Below the pieces are notes generated by a model. The model saw nothing but the letters and a program-made list of their open reading frames with translations, searched no databases and was not told the DNA's origin. Below, in pieces: positions 10,112 to 19,165 of a DNA stretch of 64,000 nt (within the stretch, counting starts at the first letter, position 1; each line of letters opens with the position of its first letter). The position numbers and the translations under genes are program-made. The stretch is from Acidobacteriota bacterium (GTDB lineage: Bacteria; Acidobacteriota; Terriglobia; Terriglobales; Acidobacteriaceae). The stretch lies in the NCBI GenBank assembly GCA_021846945.1, contig JAJZVZ010000004.1, forward strand, positions 218 through 64,217, in the 5' to 3' direction.

Positions 10112-11230
10112 ATGCGAAAGCAGCTCCAGACATTCTGCCTTCTTATGATCGCAGCGATGATCTGCTCCCCGGTCATGTTTGGCCAGGCGCCGCAAAAACT
10201 TAACCCATGGGCCTCCTACATCGATGTTGGGGCGCGCCGTTCTCAGCTGAAGCACACGAGGAACGCCCGCATCCGCCTGGCGCTCTCGCAATTGCAACGG
10301 TGCGAGACTCTGCCCGTGGTGGCTCCGCCGGAAGGCCCGATGCGCATTCCCATGCACTATCTTCACGGCGGCCATGGGCCGATCAATCCGGCAGAGCACA
10401 TAAAGACCGCGGTTTATGGGAGATTTGAGCAGCGCGTCACCGCCGGCATGAACCAGTACCTCGCTACGGGCAGCCACGAGGAGGCGGAGTGCGCGCAGGA
10501 TCAGGTTGACCGTTGGGCGCAGGCCAACACCCTGCTGGACTACGATGCAGTCCGCGACGCCCAGTCCTGGTATCAGGTGGAGTGGACGCTGAGCTCCATC
10601 GCCATCTCGGAGTCGGTTCTCCTCAACGACTCCAAGCTCGATAGCGCCGTGACCTCGCGCGATGTGGACTGGATGAACAGGGTGGCGCACCGTATGATTG
10701 GTTTCCCGTCCGAGGGCAGCCACTTGAACAACCACCACTACTGGCGCGGGCTTGCCGCCATTGCTACCGGCGTTATCTCAACCGATCCGCAATTGTTCGA
10801 CTTCGGCGTCAATGCGTACAAGACCGCCGTGAATGACATCGACCAGCGAGGCGCATTTCCGAAGGAAATGGCGCGGCATGAGATGTCCGTCCATTACCAG
10901 TCGTTTGCCTTGCAGCCGCTGATTCCCATTGCGGCCTTCGCAGAGAGGCAGGGCGTTTCGCTCTACAATTACAAGTCGCCCGCGGGCCGTTCGATCGCCG
11001 ACGCCGTCAACTTCCTGGGCGTGGCCCTGTCCGATCCGTCCATCATGAAGGCGTATACGCATGAAGCTCAGAACGTTGACTCCAACGCTCCCGACTTCTT
11101 CGCGAGCTTGGAGTTCTACCGCCGCCAGTTTCCGCATCGCAAGCTGCCGTCCTCGATCATGGACGGACTCGAGAAGCCGACCTTTGCCACGCGCCTCGGC
11201 GGCAGCACAACGGTGATTGCGGGACGGTGA
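10112..11230 (+). CDS. Alginate lyase family protein (AlgL/PL5-like), exported
   Basis: Signal peptide MRKQLQTFCLLMIAAMICSPVMFGQA. NNHHYWRG matches the AlgL NNHSYW catalytic block. SD sequence AGGAG lies 6 nt upstream. Confidence 0.7.
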   Translation: MRKQLQTFCLLMIAAMICSPVMFGQAPQKLNPWASYIDVGARRSQLKHTRNARIRLALSQLQRCETLPVVAPPEGPMRIPMHYLHGGHGPINPAEHIKTAVYGRFEQRVTAGMNQYLATGSHEEAECAQDQVDRWAQANTLLDYDAVRDAQSWYQVEWTLSSIAISESVLLNDSKLDSAVTSRDVDWMNRVAHRMIGFPSEGSHLNNHHYWRGLAAIATGVISTDPQLFDFGVNAYKTAVNDIDQRGAFPKEMARHEMSVHYQSFALQPLIPIAAFAERQGVSLYNYKSPAGRSIADAVNFLGVALSDPSIMKAYTHEAQNVDSNAPDFFASLEFYRRQFPHRKLPSSIMDGLEKPTFATRLGGSTTVIAGR

Positions 11231-11254
11231 GTTGGCAGGAAGACGAGTTGCATC

Positions 11255-11289
11255 GGGGGAACGAAGTTTCTTCGTTTCCCCTTTATTTT
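11255..11289 (+). terminator. Rho-independent terminator after the alginate lyase gene (convergent with nusB)
   Basis: GGGGGAACGAAG-tttc-TTCGTTTCCCC stem followed by TTTATTTT. Confidence 0.55.
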
Positions 11290-11702
11290 GCGATCAGGCT
11301 GCGCGCAATCGAGTCCAGAAGGCCGTTGAGGAAATTGATCGACTCGGGCGCGGAGAAACGGCGGCCGATTTCGAGCGCCTCATTGATCACGACCGGAAAG
11401 GGCGTGCCCTTGAAGGCAAGCATCTCACCCACGGCCATGCGAAGCAGATTGCGGTCGACCGCCGGCATCCGTTCGATGCGCCAGTGCTTCGAGTTTTGCG
11501 CGATCAGGGTGTCGATCGTTTCCTGATGGGCGATGGCCGCGCGGAACAGATCGTCGGCAAAGCCGCGAATCTCCGGATCAACCTCATCGCTGGTCTTCCA
11601 AAAGGTAGCGCGGACCTGGTCGGGGGTCTGTTTGCCGACATCGGCCTGAAAGAGCATCTGCATGGCCAGTTCGCGCGATTTACGGCGCGGCCCCGGGGTC
11701 AA
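11283..11702 (-). CDS. nusB: Transcription antitermination factor NusB
   Basis: RRKSRELAMQMLFQ N-terminus and ..INEALEIGRRF.. block. Conserved position directly downstream of ribH, with a 4-nt overlap. Confidence 0.9.
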   Translation of the reverse strand: MTPGPRRKSRELAMQMLFQADVGKQTPDQVRATFWKTSDEVDPEIRGFADDLFRAAIAHQETIDTLIAQNSKHWRIERMPAVDRNLLRMAVGEMLAFKGTPFPVVINEALEIGRRFSAPESINFLNGLLDSIARSLIAK

Positions 11703-12568
11703 GCGGTACCGCCTTGCTTGAGTTTGCGCCGCAAGCTCACCATTTCAATGGCAGCCACGCCGGCTTCGAACCCCTTGTTGCCGGCCTTGACTCCGGCCCG
11801 GTCCAGCGCCTGTTCAAGCGTTTCGCACGTCAACACGCCAAAGCTGTGGGGGATGCCCGTCTCCTGCTGCGACTGGCCGATGCCGCGGGCCACCTCGTTG
11901 TAAATGGCTTCATAGTGCGCGGTTTCGCCGCGCAATAGGCAACCCAGCGTCACAATGGCGTCTGCGCGGCCCAGGTTAGCAAATTCGCGCGCCGCGGCCG
12001 GAATCTCCCAGGCGCCGGGAACGCGGGCAACCTCGATGTCGGCACGGCCGGCGCCACTGCGCAGCAGCGCGTCCAGCGCGCCTTCCAGCAGGCGGTCGGT
12101 GATTACGGCATTCCAGCGCGAGACGACGATGGCAAACTTCATCCCCGCCGCCGAGAGATCGCCTTCCACGGCCACCGGCTTGCCTCGCAGCGGATCGGTC
12201 CACGCCCAGAAGCTGAACCGGAAGCCCGGCTCCGGCTCAACTGTAAAGATGCGCGATTTCCAATGGGTCTCCGTGATGCCTGACAGGCGCGCCACGGCTT
12301 CGTCTCCGCCCTGTGCGCGCAACCATGCTTCCGCCGCCTGGCGCGCGGAGTCGAGTGAAGTGACCTCGACGAGGAGATCCGAGGCAGCGGGAAACTCGCC
12401 ATCGACGAACTCGAGGTTCCCGAGGGGCGCCAGAAAAGCTGCTCCCCGGCTCTTCTCCTCCTGCCATCCTTTGCCGGCAGCAAAGCCCAGCGCGGAAAAG
12501 AAGCTCGTCAGGCGATCGTATGCCGCGGCGCTGCGGGCGGGCCGCAAAAAGGAGATTCCTTTGATCAT
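11699..12568 (-). CDS. ribH: 6,7-dimethyl-8-ribityllumazine synthase with an in-frame N-terminal extension of about 130 aa that looks VOC/glyoxalase-like
   Basis: Residues about 132-289 align by eye to RibH (VAVEGDLSAAGMKFAIVVSRWNAVITDRLLEGALDALLRSG..VPGAWEIP..TLGCLLRGETAHYE). Residues 1-130 have no stop and a globular beta-alpha-beta-like pattern. Internal GTG (12175, 12169) and ATG (12142) starts are possible alternatives. Confidence 0.85.
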   Translation of the reverse strand: MIKGISFLRPARSAAAYDRLTSFFSALGFAAGKGWQEEKSRGAAFLAPLGNLEFVDGEFPAASDLLVEVTSLDSARQAAEAWLRAQGGDEAVARLSGITETHWKSRIFTVEPEPGFRFSFWAWTDPLRGKPVAVEGDLSAAGMKFAIVVSRWNAVITDRLLEGALDALLRSGAGRADIEVARVPGAWEIPAAAREFANLGRADAIVTLGCLLRGETAHYEAIYNEVARGIGQSQQETGIPHSFGVLTCETLEQALDRAGVKAGNKGFEAGVAAIEMVSLRRKLKQGGTA

Positions 12569-12603
12569 GGATTGATTTTATCGTGTGTGGCTGGCCCGAA
12601 GAT

Positions 12604-12633
12604 GAGAAGGGCCGGCTGCCGCCGGCCTCTTCC
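12604..12633 (-). terminator. GC-rich hairpin downstream of the 12658-15105 gene
   Basis: GGCCGGC-ggca-GCCGGCC on the minus strand, followed by CTTCTCATCTT. The U-tract is imperfect. Confidence 0.4.
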
Positions 12634-12657
12634 TGATTGGGGATGAATGCTTACAGG

Positions 12658-15105
12658 CTAAGTGGCCGGGCGCGGCACGACCGCGATGGCCGTAACCGGA
12701 ACAATCGGGTTGCTGCCCGTATAAGTACACCCAAGGTCGTTGCCGCCAGCGGAAACAGGCGTGCAGGCGGGAAGCTTTGGGCTGAGTTGTTGCGTGTCCT
12801 GAAGCTGCGTTGTTGATGTAAGCGAAGTGGGAATCGAGATGAAATGGATTTTGTTGTCGCCCGCCGTGGAGACAAAGAACGTTGTATCGTCCGGGCTGAA
12901 TACCCCCGTCAGCGGCGCCGTCACAGCGGAACCTCCAGCCAGGGTAACGTAATGTACCGTGCCTGCCGAACCACTGGGGCCCGTAATGTAATACGGCAGC
13001 AAGGCTCCGGGTGTTGAGCCGTTGTAAGTGATAAATGCCAGATTGGATACCGGCGATGCGACGACCCCATTGACCGCCGTCGCGTTGATGCCGGCCAGCG
13101 GCAATTGATCCAGGAGCAGTGTTTGCTGGATGGGAAGTGGCAAAAGCGTCTGTACCTGATTGCTGCCGGTTCCCGTCGTTGAGGAGGGGCAGGCCGTGGT
13201 GGGAATCGTGACTCCAATGTCGGAGAGCGTGATGCCGCCGCCTGCCATTCCCGCGCCCAGAATATGCTGGCCGTCCGTTGTGGCAGCCAGAGCATCGGTT
13301 TCTATGGGCTCCGAATCAACTTGCGGATAGAACGTCATGCTGGCGGTGTTTCCCACCGTGCCGGTGGGGCACCAGGTGTGGGCAACCGTCGGACTGCCGT
13401 CGAGATAAGCGCCAACGCCGGGGACCGTGATGGCCACGCTCGTAGCGCCGCCTGACGGGGTCAGGTCATAAGTGGACCAACCGGTGTTCTGGTTGTAAAC
13501 GTACAGGGTATCGGTGTGCCCGGTGATGCCAGCCGCCGGATTATTCAGCGATTTCCTGTCAACGATATAGAGGGTCTTGGAATCAGGCGTCCATTGGGCC
13601 GCGGCTCCGAGGCCGCCAAAGGTGATAAAGCCGCTGCCGGTGGCATTCCTAATGTAGAAGAGGCCCCGGATTTGATCGTTGATCAATACCTGCGAGTTGT
13701 TGGGCGAAACGGCAAGCACCACGCCCGGAACAGATGGATCCTCTCCGGTGATCGCGTTCGTCGTCGTGCTGTAAACCATCAACTCGTGGAGGGAGCCAAA
13801 ATAGAGGTTATTTCCGCCCTCGTCCATCACCATTGAGTTGGGCACATAGGGCAGGCGCACCGTGGAGCCGGTCGTGCCGGTGAGTAACAGGATTGGAACA
13901 AAATACTGCGAGTTTCCCGGCGACGCAAACCATACGTAGTTGCTGACGGTTCCGGGAGTAATGACTCTGACCGGGTTCGACGAGATGGAGACACCGGTGC
14001 CGTTCAATCCGACCTCATTGATGGGAGACGGATTGCAGACGGCCGGCTGACAAACGGCATTCACGGTAGCGATGCCGGGGAAACGCGCGGAGATGGCTCC
14101 GGCTGCGCCTGCGGTGATGTTGATCGGATTGGTTGACTGGTAGTCCAGCGATAATCCGGTGATTTGATTTCCGCTGGTATCAGTGACGACGGTCGTCAGG
14201 TTCTGCTGCACGCCTTGCGTAACTACGCCCGACGTTGCACCATTGGCCAATGTGACTTTGATGGACTTCGCCGGGCAGGTAGAGAAGTAACCCGCCGAAG
14301 ACCCTGAACCGGCGATGGATGCGGTGATCGCGGTTGTGCCCGGCAGCTGAGCGGTAATCTGGTTCGTCTGCTGGTTGATGGTGGCGACCGACGAGTTCTC
14401 AACCGCATAGGTGAAGGTGCCGATAACCTGCGAGCAGTCCGAGACCGTCGTGACGCCCGGGGGAAGCGGGCAGGCAAATTGAGTAGGATCCGTAAGGCTC
14501 GGCGGTTTGCAGAGCAGTTCCTGTTTTCCGTTGTTGCTGAAGCATGCCTGCGAGTCCAGGAGTTCCTGTTGCCCTTGCGAAAAACATTGTTGCGGGCCGA
14601 CCAGGGAGACAGAGGTCACCTGTGGATGAACAAAGACTTCCACCGGGTTTGACACGACGGAGTCGATAGCGGCAGTGATGTAGGCGATGCCGTAGGGAAG
14701 GCCCTTGGTGGTTGGCGACGGAGTCGGGTAATTGCAAATTGTGTAATCAGGAATGCCGCCGCCGGTGTTTCGATTCCAGGTTCCGGCACAGATGTTGCCG
14801 GTCGGAGAAACATCCACCAGCCTGTTGTTGGTGGTGCCGTAAGTATATTGGCTTGTGTTGACAGTGGCCCCCGCGCCCTTACAGGTAAGGGCAGATGGCG
14901 CCTTGATCTGCTGGGTCTGGCCGAAGGCCAGCGAGATGCCGCCGATTTGTGGCTGAAGGTAGATGGAGGTTACATCCGTATCCTTCAACCCGTAGCCGAG
15001 ACCGTTGCAATAGTTTTGCCCCGGGTTGCGAAAGCAACCCGAAACCGATATTCCGGCTGGTATGGCCAGGCACAACAAACAAACAAGCGTCAAAAACCGC
15101 CGCAT
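12658..15105 (-). CDS. Large surface lipoprotein with Cys-rich/Ig-like (Big_2-like) N-terminal half and beta-propeller-like C-terminal half; function unknown
   Basis: Start moved to ATG at 15105 (MRRFLTLVCLLCLAIPAGISVSGC, lipobox), preceded by GGGGAGGA 4 nt upstream. The track ORF begins 48 codons earlier without a signal. Ig-like blocks such as ATINQQTNQITAQLPGTTAITASI. Propeller-like repeats (LYFGSLHELMVYS, LYIVDRKS). Confidence 0.7.
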   Translation of the reverse strand: MRRFLTLVCLLCLAIPAGISVSGCFRNPGQNYCNGLGYGLKDTDVTSIYLQPQIGGISLAFGQTQQIKAPSALTCKGAGATVNTSQYTYGTTNNRLVDVSPTGNICAGTWNRNTGGGIPDYTICNYPTPSPTTKGLPYGIAYITAAIDSVVSNPVEVFVHPQVTSVSLVGPQQCFSQGQQELLDSQACFSNNGKQELLCKPPSLTDPTQFACPLPPGVTTVSDCSQVIGTFTYAVENSSVATINQQTNQITAQLPGTTAITASIAGSGSSAGYFSTCPAKSIKVTLANGATSGVVTQGVQQNLTTVVTDTSGNQITGLSLDYQSTNPINITAGAAGAISARFPGIATVNAVCQPAVCNPSPINEVGLNGTGVSISSNPVRVITPGTVSNYVWFASPGNSQYFVPILLLTGTTGSTVRLPYVPNSMVMDEGGNNLYFGSLHELMVYSTTTNAITGEDPSVPGVVLAVSPNNSQVLINDQIRGLFYIRNATGSGFITFGGLGAAAQWTPDSKTLYIVDRKSLNNPAAGITGHTDTLYVYNQNTGWSTYDLTPSGGATSVAITVPGVGAYLDGSPTVAHTWCPTGTVGNTASMTFYPQVDSEPIETDALAATTDGQHILGAGMAGGGITLSDIGVTIPTTACPSSTTGTGSNQVQTLLPLPIQQTLLLDQLPLAGINATAVNGVVASPVSNLAFITYNGSTPGALLPYYITGPSGSAGTVHYVTLAGGSAVTAPLTGVFSPDDTTFFVSTAGDNKIHFISIPTSLTSTTQLQDTQQLSPKLPACTPVSAGGNDLGCTYTGSNPIVPVTAIAVVPRPAT

Positions 15106-15396
15106 GAATCCTCCCCGCCCCACCGAATCGCACCGCGGAACGGTTTCTCCGAATTCGTCAGAAGAATTGAGTTGTAGCGGCCCGTCAACACGCCCAGGGC
15201 TGGACTGCAGCCGGTGAGATCCGCTTCCATGGTCAACCCGCCAACGCACAAGTCCGCGCAGCCGGCTGGCCCAACATTACTCTCAAACATTCCAAAGCAA
15301 AGTGTATCAGGAGGGGGCCGTCTCTGGCATGAGGCCGCGACGCATCACCCGTCAGTCTTAGACTCCGACGGCGCCGGATGGCGAGCGCCGCCGCTT

Positions 15397-17535
15397 TCAG
15401 GATCCGGGCGGCATGAAGCGAGCAAACCACTCAGCGGCTCGCTCCAGCACGTCCCGCCGGTGAGCTGGATTGACAAACCCATGTCCTTCATTGGGGTAGA
15501 CCACCAGTTGCGTAGGCACATTCAGGTCGCGCAAGGCATGCCAGAACTCGAACGACTGCGGCGCGGGGCACTCGCCATCGCGGTCGCCGACCACAACCAG
15601 GGTGGGAGTGCGTGCTTGCTTGATGAAGTTGATTGCCGAGCTTTTGGCATATACGGCGGGATCGTCGTAAACTGACGCGCCGAAAAAGGGAATCATCCAC
15701 TGGTCGATGGAATTTTCCCCGTAGTAGCTGAGCCAGTCAGAGATGCCCGCGCCGGCAACGGCCGCTTTGAAGCGATGCGTCTGGGTTACCGCGAACATGG
15801 TCATGAATCCCCCATAGCTCCAGCCGGTCAGGCCTACGCGGTGGGGATCAATCGGGTATTTTGCCTCAACGGCATCCACTCCGGCCAGGATGTCGCGCAG
15901 GTCGCCGTAGCCGAAATCCTTGCGATTCGCCCGGGTAAAGGCCTCGCCCTGACCGAAGCTGCCCCGTGGATTCGGCTGTAGCACAAAATAGCCCAGAGCG
16001 GAGAAGGCTGCAGGGCTCAAGGGCCCGCCCGCGCCCCATCGCGCCTCCACAGCAGCAGCCGGGCCGCCGTGGACCTCGACAATCAGCGGATATCGATGGT
16101 TCTGCTTGTAGTCCTTTGGGCGCATGAGCCATCCTTGCACGTGGAAACCTTCGTCAGTCCAGTCGAGGGAGACGGATCTGCCCCACGCCGGCGTGATCTC
16201 GTCATTGATATGAGAGATCTGCCGCGGAAGCGGGAGGCTGTTCGCCCGGGCTGAAGCCGTCTTTACGGCCGGTCTGACCGCGTAGATTTCCACCGGCCGA
16301 TCAAAAGTGCTGGCGCGGAAGACAAACAGGGAATGGCCGGTGGTGGCGGAGAGGCTGAGCGCCATGCGGCCGTCTCCTACGTTTCCGGGAAAGCTGAAGA
16401 CAGGGCTGCCCGCGGTCGCGGCAATATTCTTTCCAGCAGGATCGCCCCGGAGCCTGAGTCGCACAAGCCGGCAGTTGCCTCCGGCCAATTCGCTTATATA
16501 GATATGCCGGCTGCCGTCCCAGGTGAGCCATTCCGGCGTGCTGGGGCGTCCTGGGGTCAGGTCGTGAGGCTGCCCGCCCCCGGACGAAACAATCCACACA
16601 TCGCCGCCCGTGACCCCCTGATCGCTCATCAGACCGCCGATTAAGGCGATCGCTCCACCATCCGGCGACCATCGAGGAACAGCAATCTGCAATCCGTGCA
16701 GCGCCCCGGAAACCTTGGCGGGGTCAAGAATCACTTTGGGAACGCTGCCCAGCTTCTGCGTATAAAGCTGGGCTACCCACCAGTTGTTCTCTCCCGGCGG
16801 ATCGGCGGCGATGTAAGCCAGCGATTTTGAGTCCGGCGACCAGTCAAACTCATAAGCGTGAAGGTTGGCGGGTGATACAAGGTCCGGAGCAGCCGGCTCG
16901 ACGGCATCCACTTTGACGATGGCGATCCGCTGCACTTCAATGTCCTGCTGTCCGATCACGCCGGAGGGCAGATCATGCGCGGCCAGCGCGCCGGCCGGCC
17001 GTGTCGCGCCCTGAACATACAGAAAGGCCACCCGGGCTCCGTCCGGCGAAAAGGCCGGAGCATTCACATCACCATCCAGCTCGGTCAGCCGGCGCGCGGG
17101 GCTCCCATCCGGCCGCGCCAGATAGAGATCCGCCTGCTGGCGCGGACGTGCGCAGTCGGAAAGGAAGGCCAGCGATTGTCCATCCGGAGCCCACGTAATC
17201 TCATCCTCGAAGCAATGCTGCTCCGGCGCAGATGCCGCCGTCACTCGCCGGCTCTTCGCCAGATCGCCAAAAGGCGCTACGCGTATTTCATCCCCGCCCG
17301 GCGCTCCCTGAATCCAGGCCAGGTTCTTTCCATCGGGAGAGATGGCCACTTGCCCAATAAACGTGCCGCGATGAAGACTCTGCAGCACATCCTCGATGTG
17401 CGTGCGTTGTGATGCGGAGAGAGCAGGCGTGTCTTGCGCGTAAGCGCCAGCCAGGCTGAGGACTGGACAAAAGAGCAGATTGGCGGCAACAAGAAATGCG
17501 GTGTTGCGCAACCTGTAAAGCGCCGGCAACCACAT
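15397..17535 (-). CDS. S9 family serine peptidase (acylaminoacyl-peptidase / prolyl oligopeptidase type), exported
   Basis: Signal peptide. TolB-like propeller repeats (ISPDGKNLAW, FSPDGARVAF, WSPDGGAIAL). Nucleophile elbow GWSYGGFM. C-terminal GDRDGECP and GHGF blocks. Confidence 0.85.
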   Translation of the reverse strand: MWLPALYRLRNTAFLVAANLLFCPVLSLAGAYAQDTPALSASQRTHIEDVLQSLHRGTFIGQVAISPDGKNLAWIQGAPGGDEIRVAPFGDLAKSRRVTAASAPEQHCFEDEITWAPDGQSLAFLSDCARPRQQADLYLARPDGSPARRLTELDGDVNAPAFSPDGARVAFLYVQGATRPAGALAAHDLPSGVIGQQDIEVQRIAIVKVDAVEPAAPDLVSPANLHAYEFDWSPDSKSLAYIAADPPGENNWWVAQLYTQKLGSVPKVILDPAKVSGALHGLQIAVPRWSPDGGAIALIGGLMSDQGVTGGDVWIVSSGGGQPHDLTPGRPSTPEWLTWDGSRHIYISELAGGNCRLVRLRLRGDPAGKNIAATAGSPVFSFPGNVGDGRMALSLSATTGHSLFVFRASTFDRPVEIYAVRPAVKTASARANSLPLPRQISHINDEITPAWGRSVSLDWTDEGFHVQGWLMRPKDYKQNHRYPLIVEVHGGPAAAVEARWGAGGPLSPAAFSALGYFVLQPNPRGSFGQGEAFTRANRKDFGYGDLRDILAGVDAVEAKYPIDPHRVGLTGWSYGGFMTMFAVTQTHRFKAAVAGAGISDWLSYYGENSIDQWMIPFFGASVYDDPAVYAKSSAINFIKQARTPTLVVVGDRDGECPAPQSFEFWHALRDLNVPTQLVVYPNEGHGFVNPAHRRDVLERAAEWFARFMPPGS

Positions 17536-17611
17536 AGGGGAATGCTATCAGGCCAGGCAATCAGCGTGATCGCAGCTCCAGATGCAGTACTTCGACTTAC
17601 GGCGTTGCGGA

Positions 17612-18394
17612 TCAGCGGTTCGCGGATGATGAGCCTGCGGAAGCGAAAGCGGCCACGGCGCCGGGCGAGAGCAGAGCCGCCGAATCGCGATCAAGATAAA
17701 CACGGGCGTTCGCATGGCGGCGCAATATCGAGGCCGGAGCCAGCGGCGCAATTTCGCCCTCCAGGCAGGCCTTCACTGCGTTTGCTTTGCGCGCATCCGG
17801 CACGACAACGAGGATCTCGCGCGCTTTCAGGATCTGGCGAATCGACATCGAGATCGCCTGCCGGGGAACCTCATCAAGGCTCGCAAACCACCCCTCGCCC
17901 ACCTGCTGCCGCCGGCACATCTCATCCAGATCGACGATGAGATACGGTTCCTCCGTCTCAAAATCGGCGGGAGGATCGTTGAAGGCCAGATGGCCGTTTT
18001 CGCCGATGCCGACAAAGGCGATGTCAACGGGCGCGGCGGCAAGTTCCGCGCCCACGCGCCGTGCCGTGCCCGCCGCATCAGTCTCGCCGTCGAGCAGGTG
18101 ATAGCGCGTGATGCCGGTCTTTGCGATCAGCCGCTCGCGCAAATACCTGCGGAAGCTTGCGGGGTGATCGGCCGATAGTCCGGCGTATTCGTCGAGATGA
18201 AACATCTCCACCTGCGGCCAGTCGATGCCCTGCATGGCCGTCAGCTCTTCCAGAAACTCTAATTGCGATGTGCCGGTGGCGGCGATGATACGTGCCTGGC
18301 CGCGCTCAGCCAGCGTTTGTTTCAGCGTTGCCGCGGCGCGGGTGGCCGCTGCTCTGGCGAGCGAAAATTTATCGTTGAAGACCTGAATCATCAT
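17612..18394 (-). CDS. nagB: Glucosamine-6-phosphate deaminase / 6-phosphogluconolactonase family protein
   Basis: [22 protein letters not shown] and [14 protein letters not shown] blocks are typical of NagB. Confidence 0.75.
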   Translation of the reverse strand: MMIQVFNDKFSLARAAATRAAATLKQTLAERGQARIIAATGTSQLEFLEELTAMQGIDWPQVEMFHLDEYAGLSADHPASFRRYLRERLIAKTGITRYHLLDGETDAAGTARRVGAELAAAPVDIAFVGIGENGHLAFNDPPADFETEEPYLIVDLDEMCRRQQVGEGWFASLDEVPRQAISMSIRQILKAREILVVVPDARKANAVKACLEGEIAPLAPASILRRHANARVYLDRDSAALLSPGAVAAFASAGSSSANR

Positions 18395-18485
18395 GAGATA
18401 ACGTCCGTAACTTGACGTCCCATTTTCTCACGCGGCCATAAGCCAGGATTCCGGCGTTCGCAATGTCAGGGAATTGTGGCTCAAG

Positions 18486-18514
18486 TTGGTGCGGGCCAAA
18501 AATATGGCTAGAAT
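18486..18514 (+). promoter_or_regulatory. Sigma70-like promoter of the TA operon (-35 TTGGTG, 17-nt spacer, -10 TAGAAT)
   Basis: Read directly. The -10 element ends 6 nt before the antitoxin ATG, implying a leaderless or near-leaderless transcript. Confidence 0.35.
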
Positions 18515-18520
18515 GAGGCC

Positions 18521-18751
18521 ATGAAAGTGAGTACCGCGGAAGCGAAGAACCGCCTGACCGAGTTGATTCGCGCGGTGGAGGCGGGCGAGTTGGTGGTGAT
18601 CACTCGCCATGGCCGTCCTGTGGCGCAGCTTGGACCGCCGCCCGCAGAGCGCGGCGAGGCTCGGTTAGGTGGCATGCGGGAGCGTATCAAGCTCTATCCC
18701 GGCTGGGACGAGCCCGTGACCGAAGGTGAAATCCTTGGTGAAACGCTGTGA
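18521..18751 (+). CDS. Type II antitoxin, Phd/YefM family
   Basis: MKVSTAEAKNRLTELIRAVEAGELVVITRHGRPVAQL is the canonical Phd/YefM N-terminus. GTGA overlap with the downstream PIN gene. Confidence 0.85.
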   Translation: MKVSTAEAKNRLTELIRAVEAGELVVITRHGRPVAQLGPPPAERGEARLGGMRERIKLYPGWDEPVTEGEILGETL

Positions 18752-19152
18752 GCCAAACCTGGGCACGCGGGCACTTGCTGGATACGCATACGCTGATTTG
18801 GGCGCTCAAGGAGCCAGAGCGGTTGTCCGCCACTGCGTGCGCGGCGGTCCGGCGGGGACCTAACGTGCTAAGCGTGGTCTCCTATTGGGAGATCATGCTC
18901 AAGAGCATGAAAGGCGCGCTGGGCGTGGGCGATCCGCGAACGTGGTGGCAGGATGCGCTGAATCAGCTCGCGGCGGCTGCGCTGCCGCTGCGCCCTGCCC
19001 ACGTGAACTCCCTGCGCGATCTTCCCCCCATCCACAAAGACCCCTTTGAACGGATGCTGATTGCGCAGGCGACGGTGGAGGGGTTGGCGCTGGTGAGCAT
19101 GGACGCGAACGCTGCGCGGTACGCATCTGCGAATCTGCGCGTGATCGGATGA
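18748..19152 (+). CDS. vapC: Type II toxin, PIN-domain VapC family
   Basis: LLDTHTLIWAL, SVVSYWEI and HKDPFERMLIAQA blocks are typical of PIN toxins. GTG start overlaps the antitoxin stop. Confidence 0.85.
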   Translation: MSQTWARGHLLDTHTLIWALKEPERLSATACAAVRRGPNVLSVVSYWEIMLKSMKGALGVGDPRTWWQDALNQLAAAALPLRPAHVNSLRDLPPIHKDPFERMLIAQATVEGLALVSMDANAARYASANLRVIG

Positions 19153-19165
19153 CACGATTGCTTCG

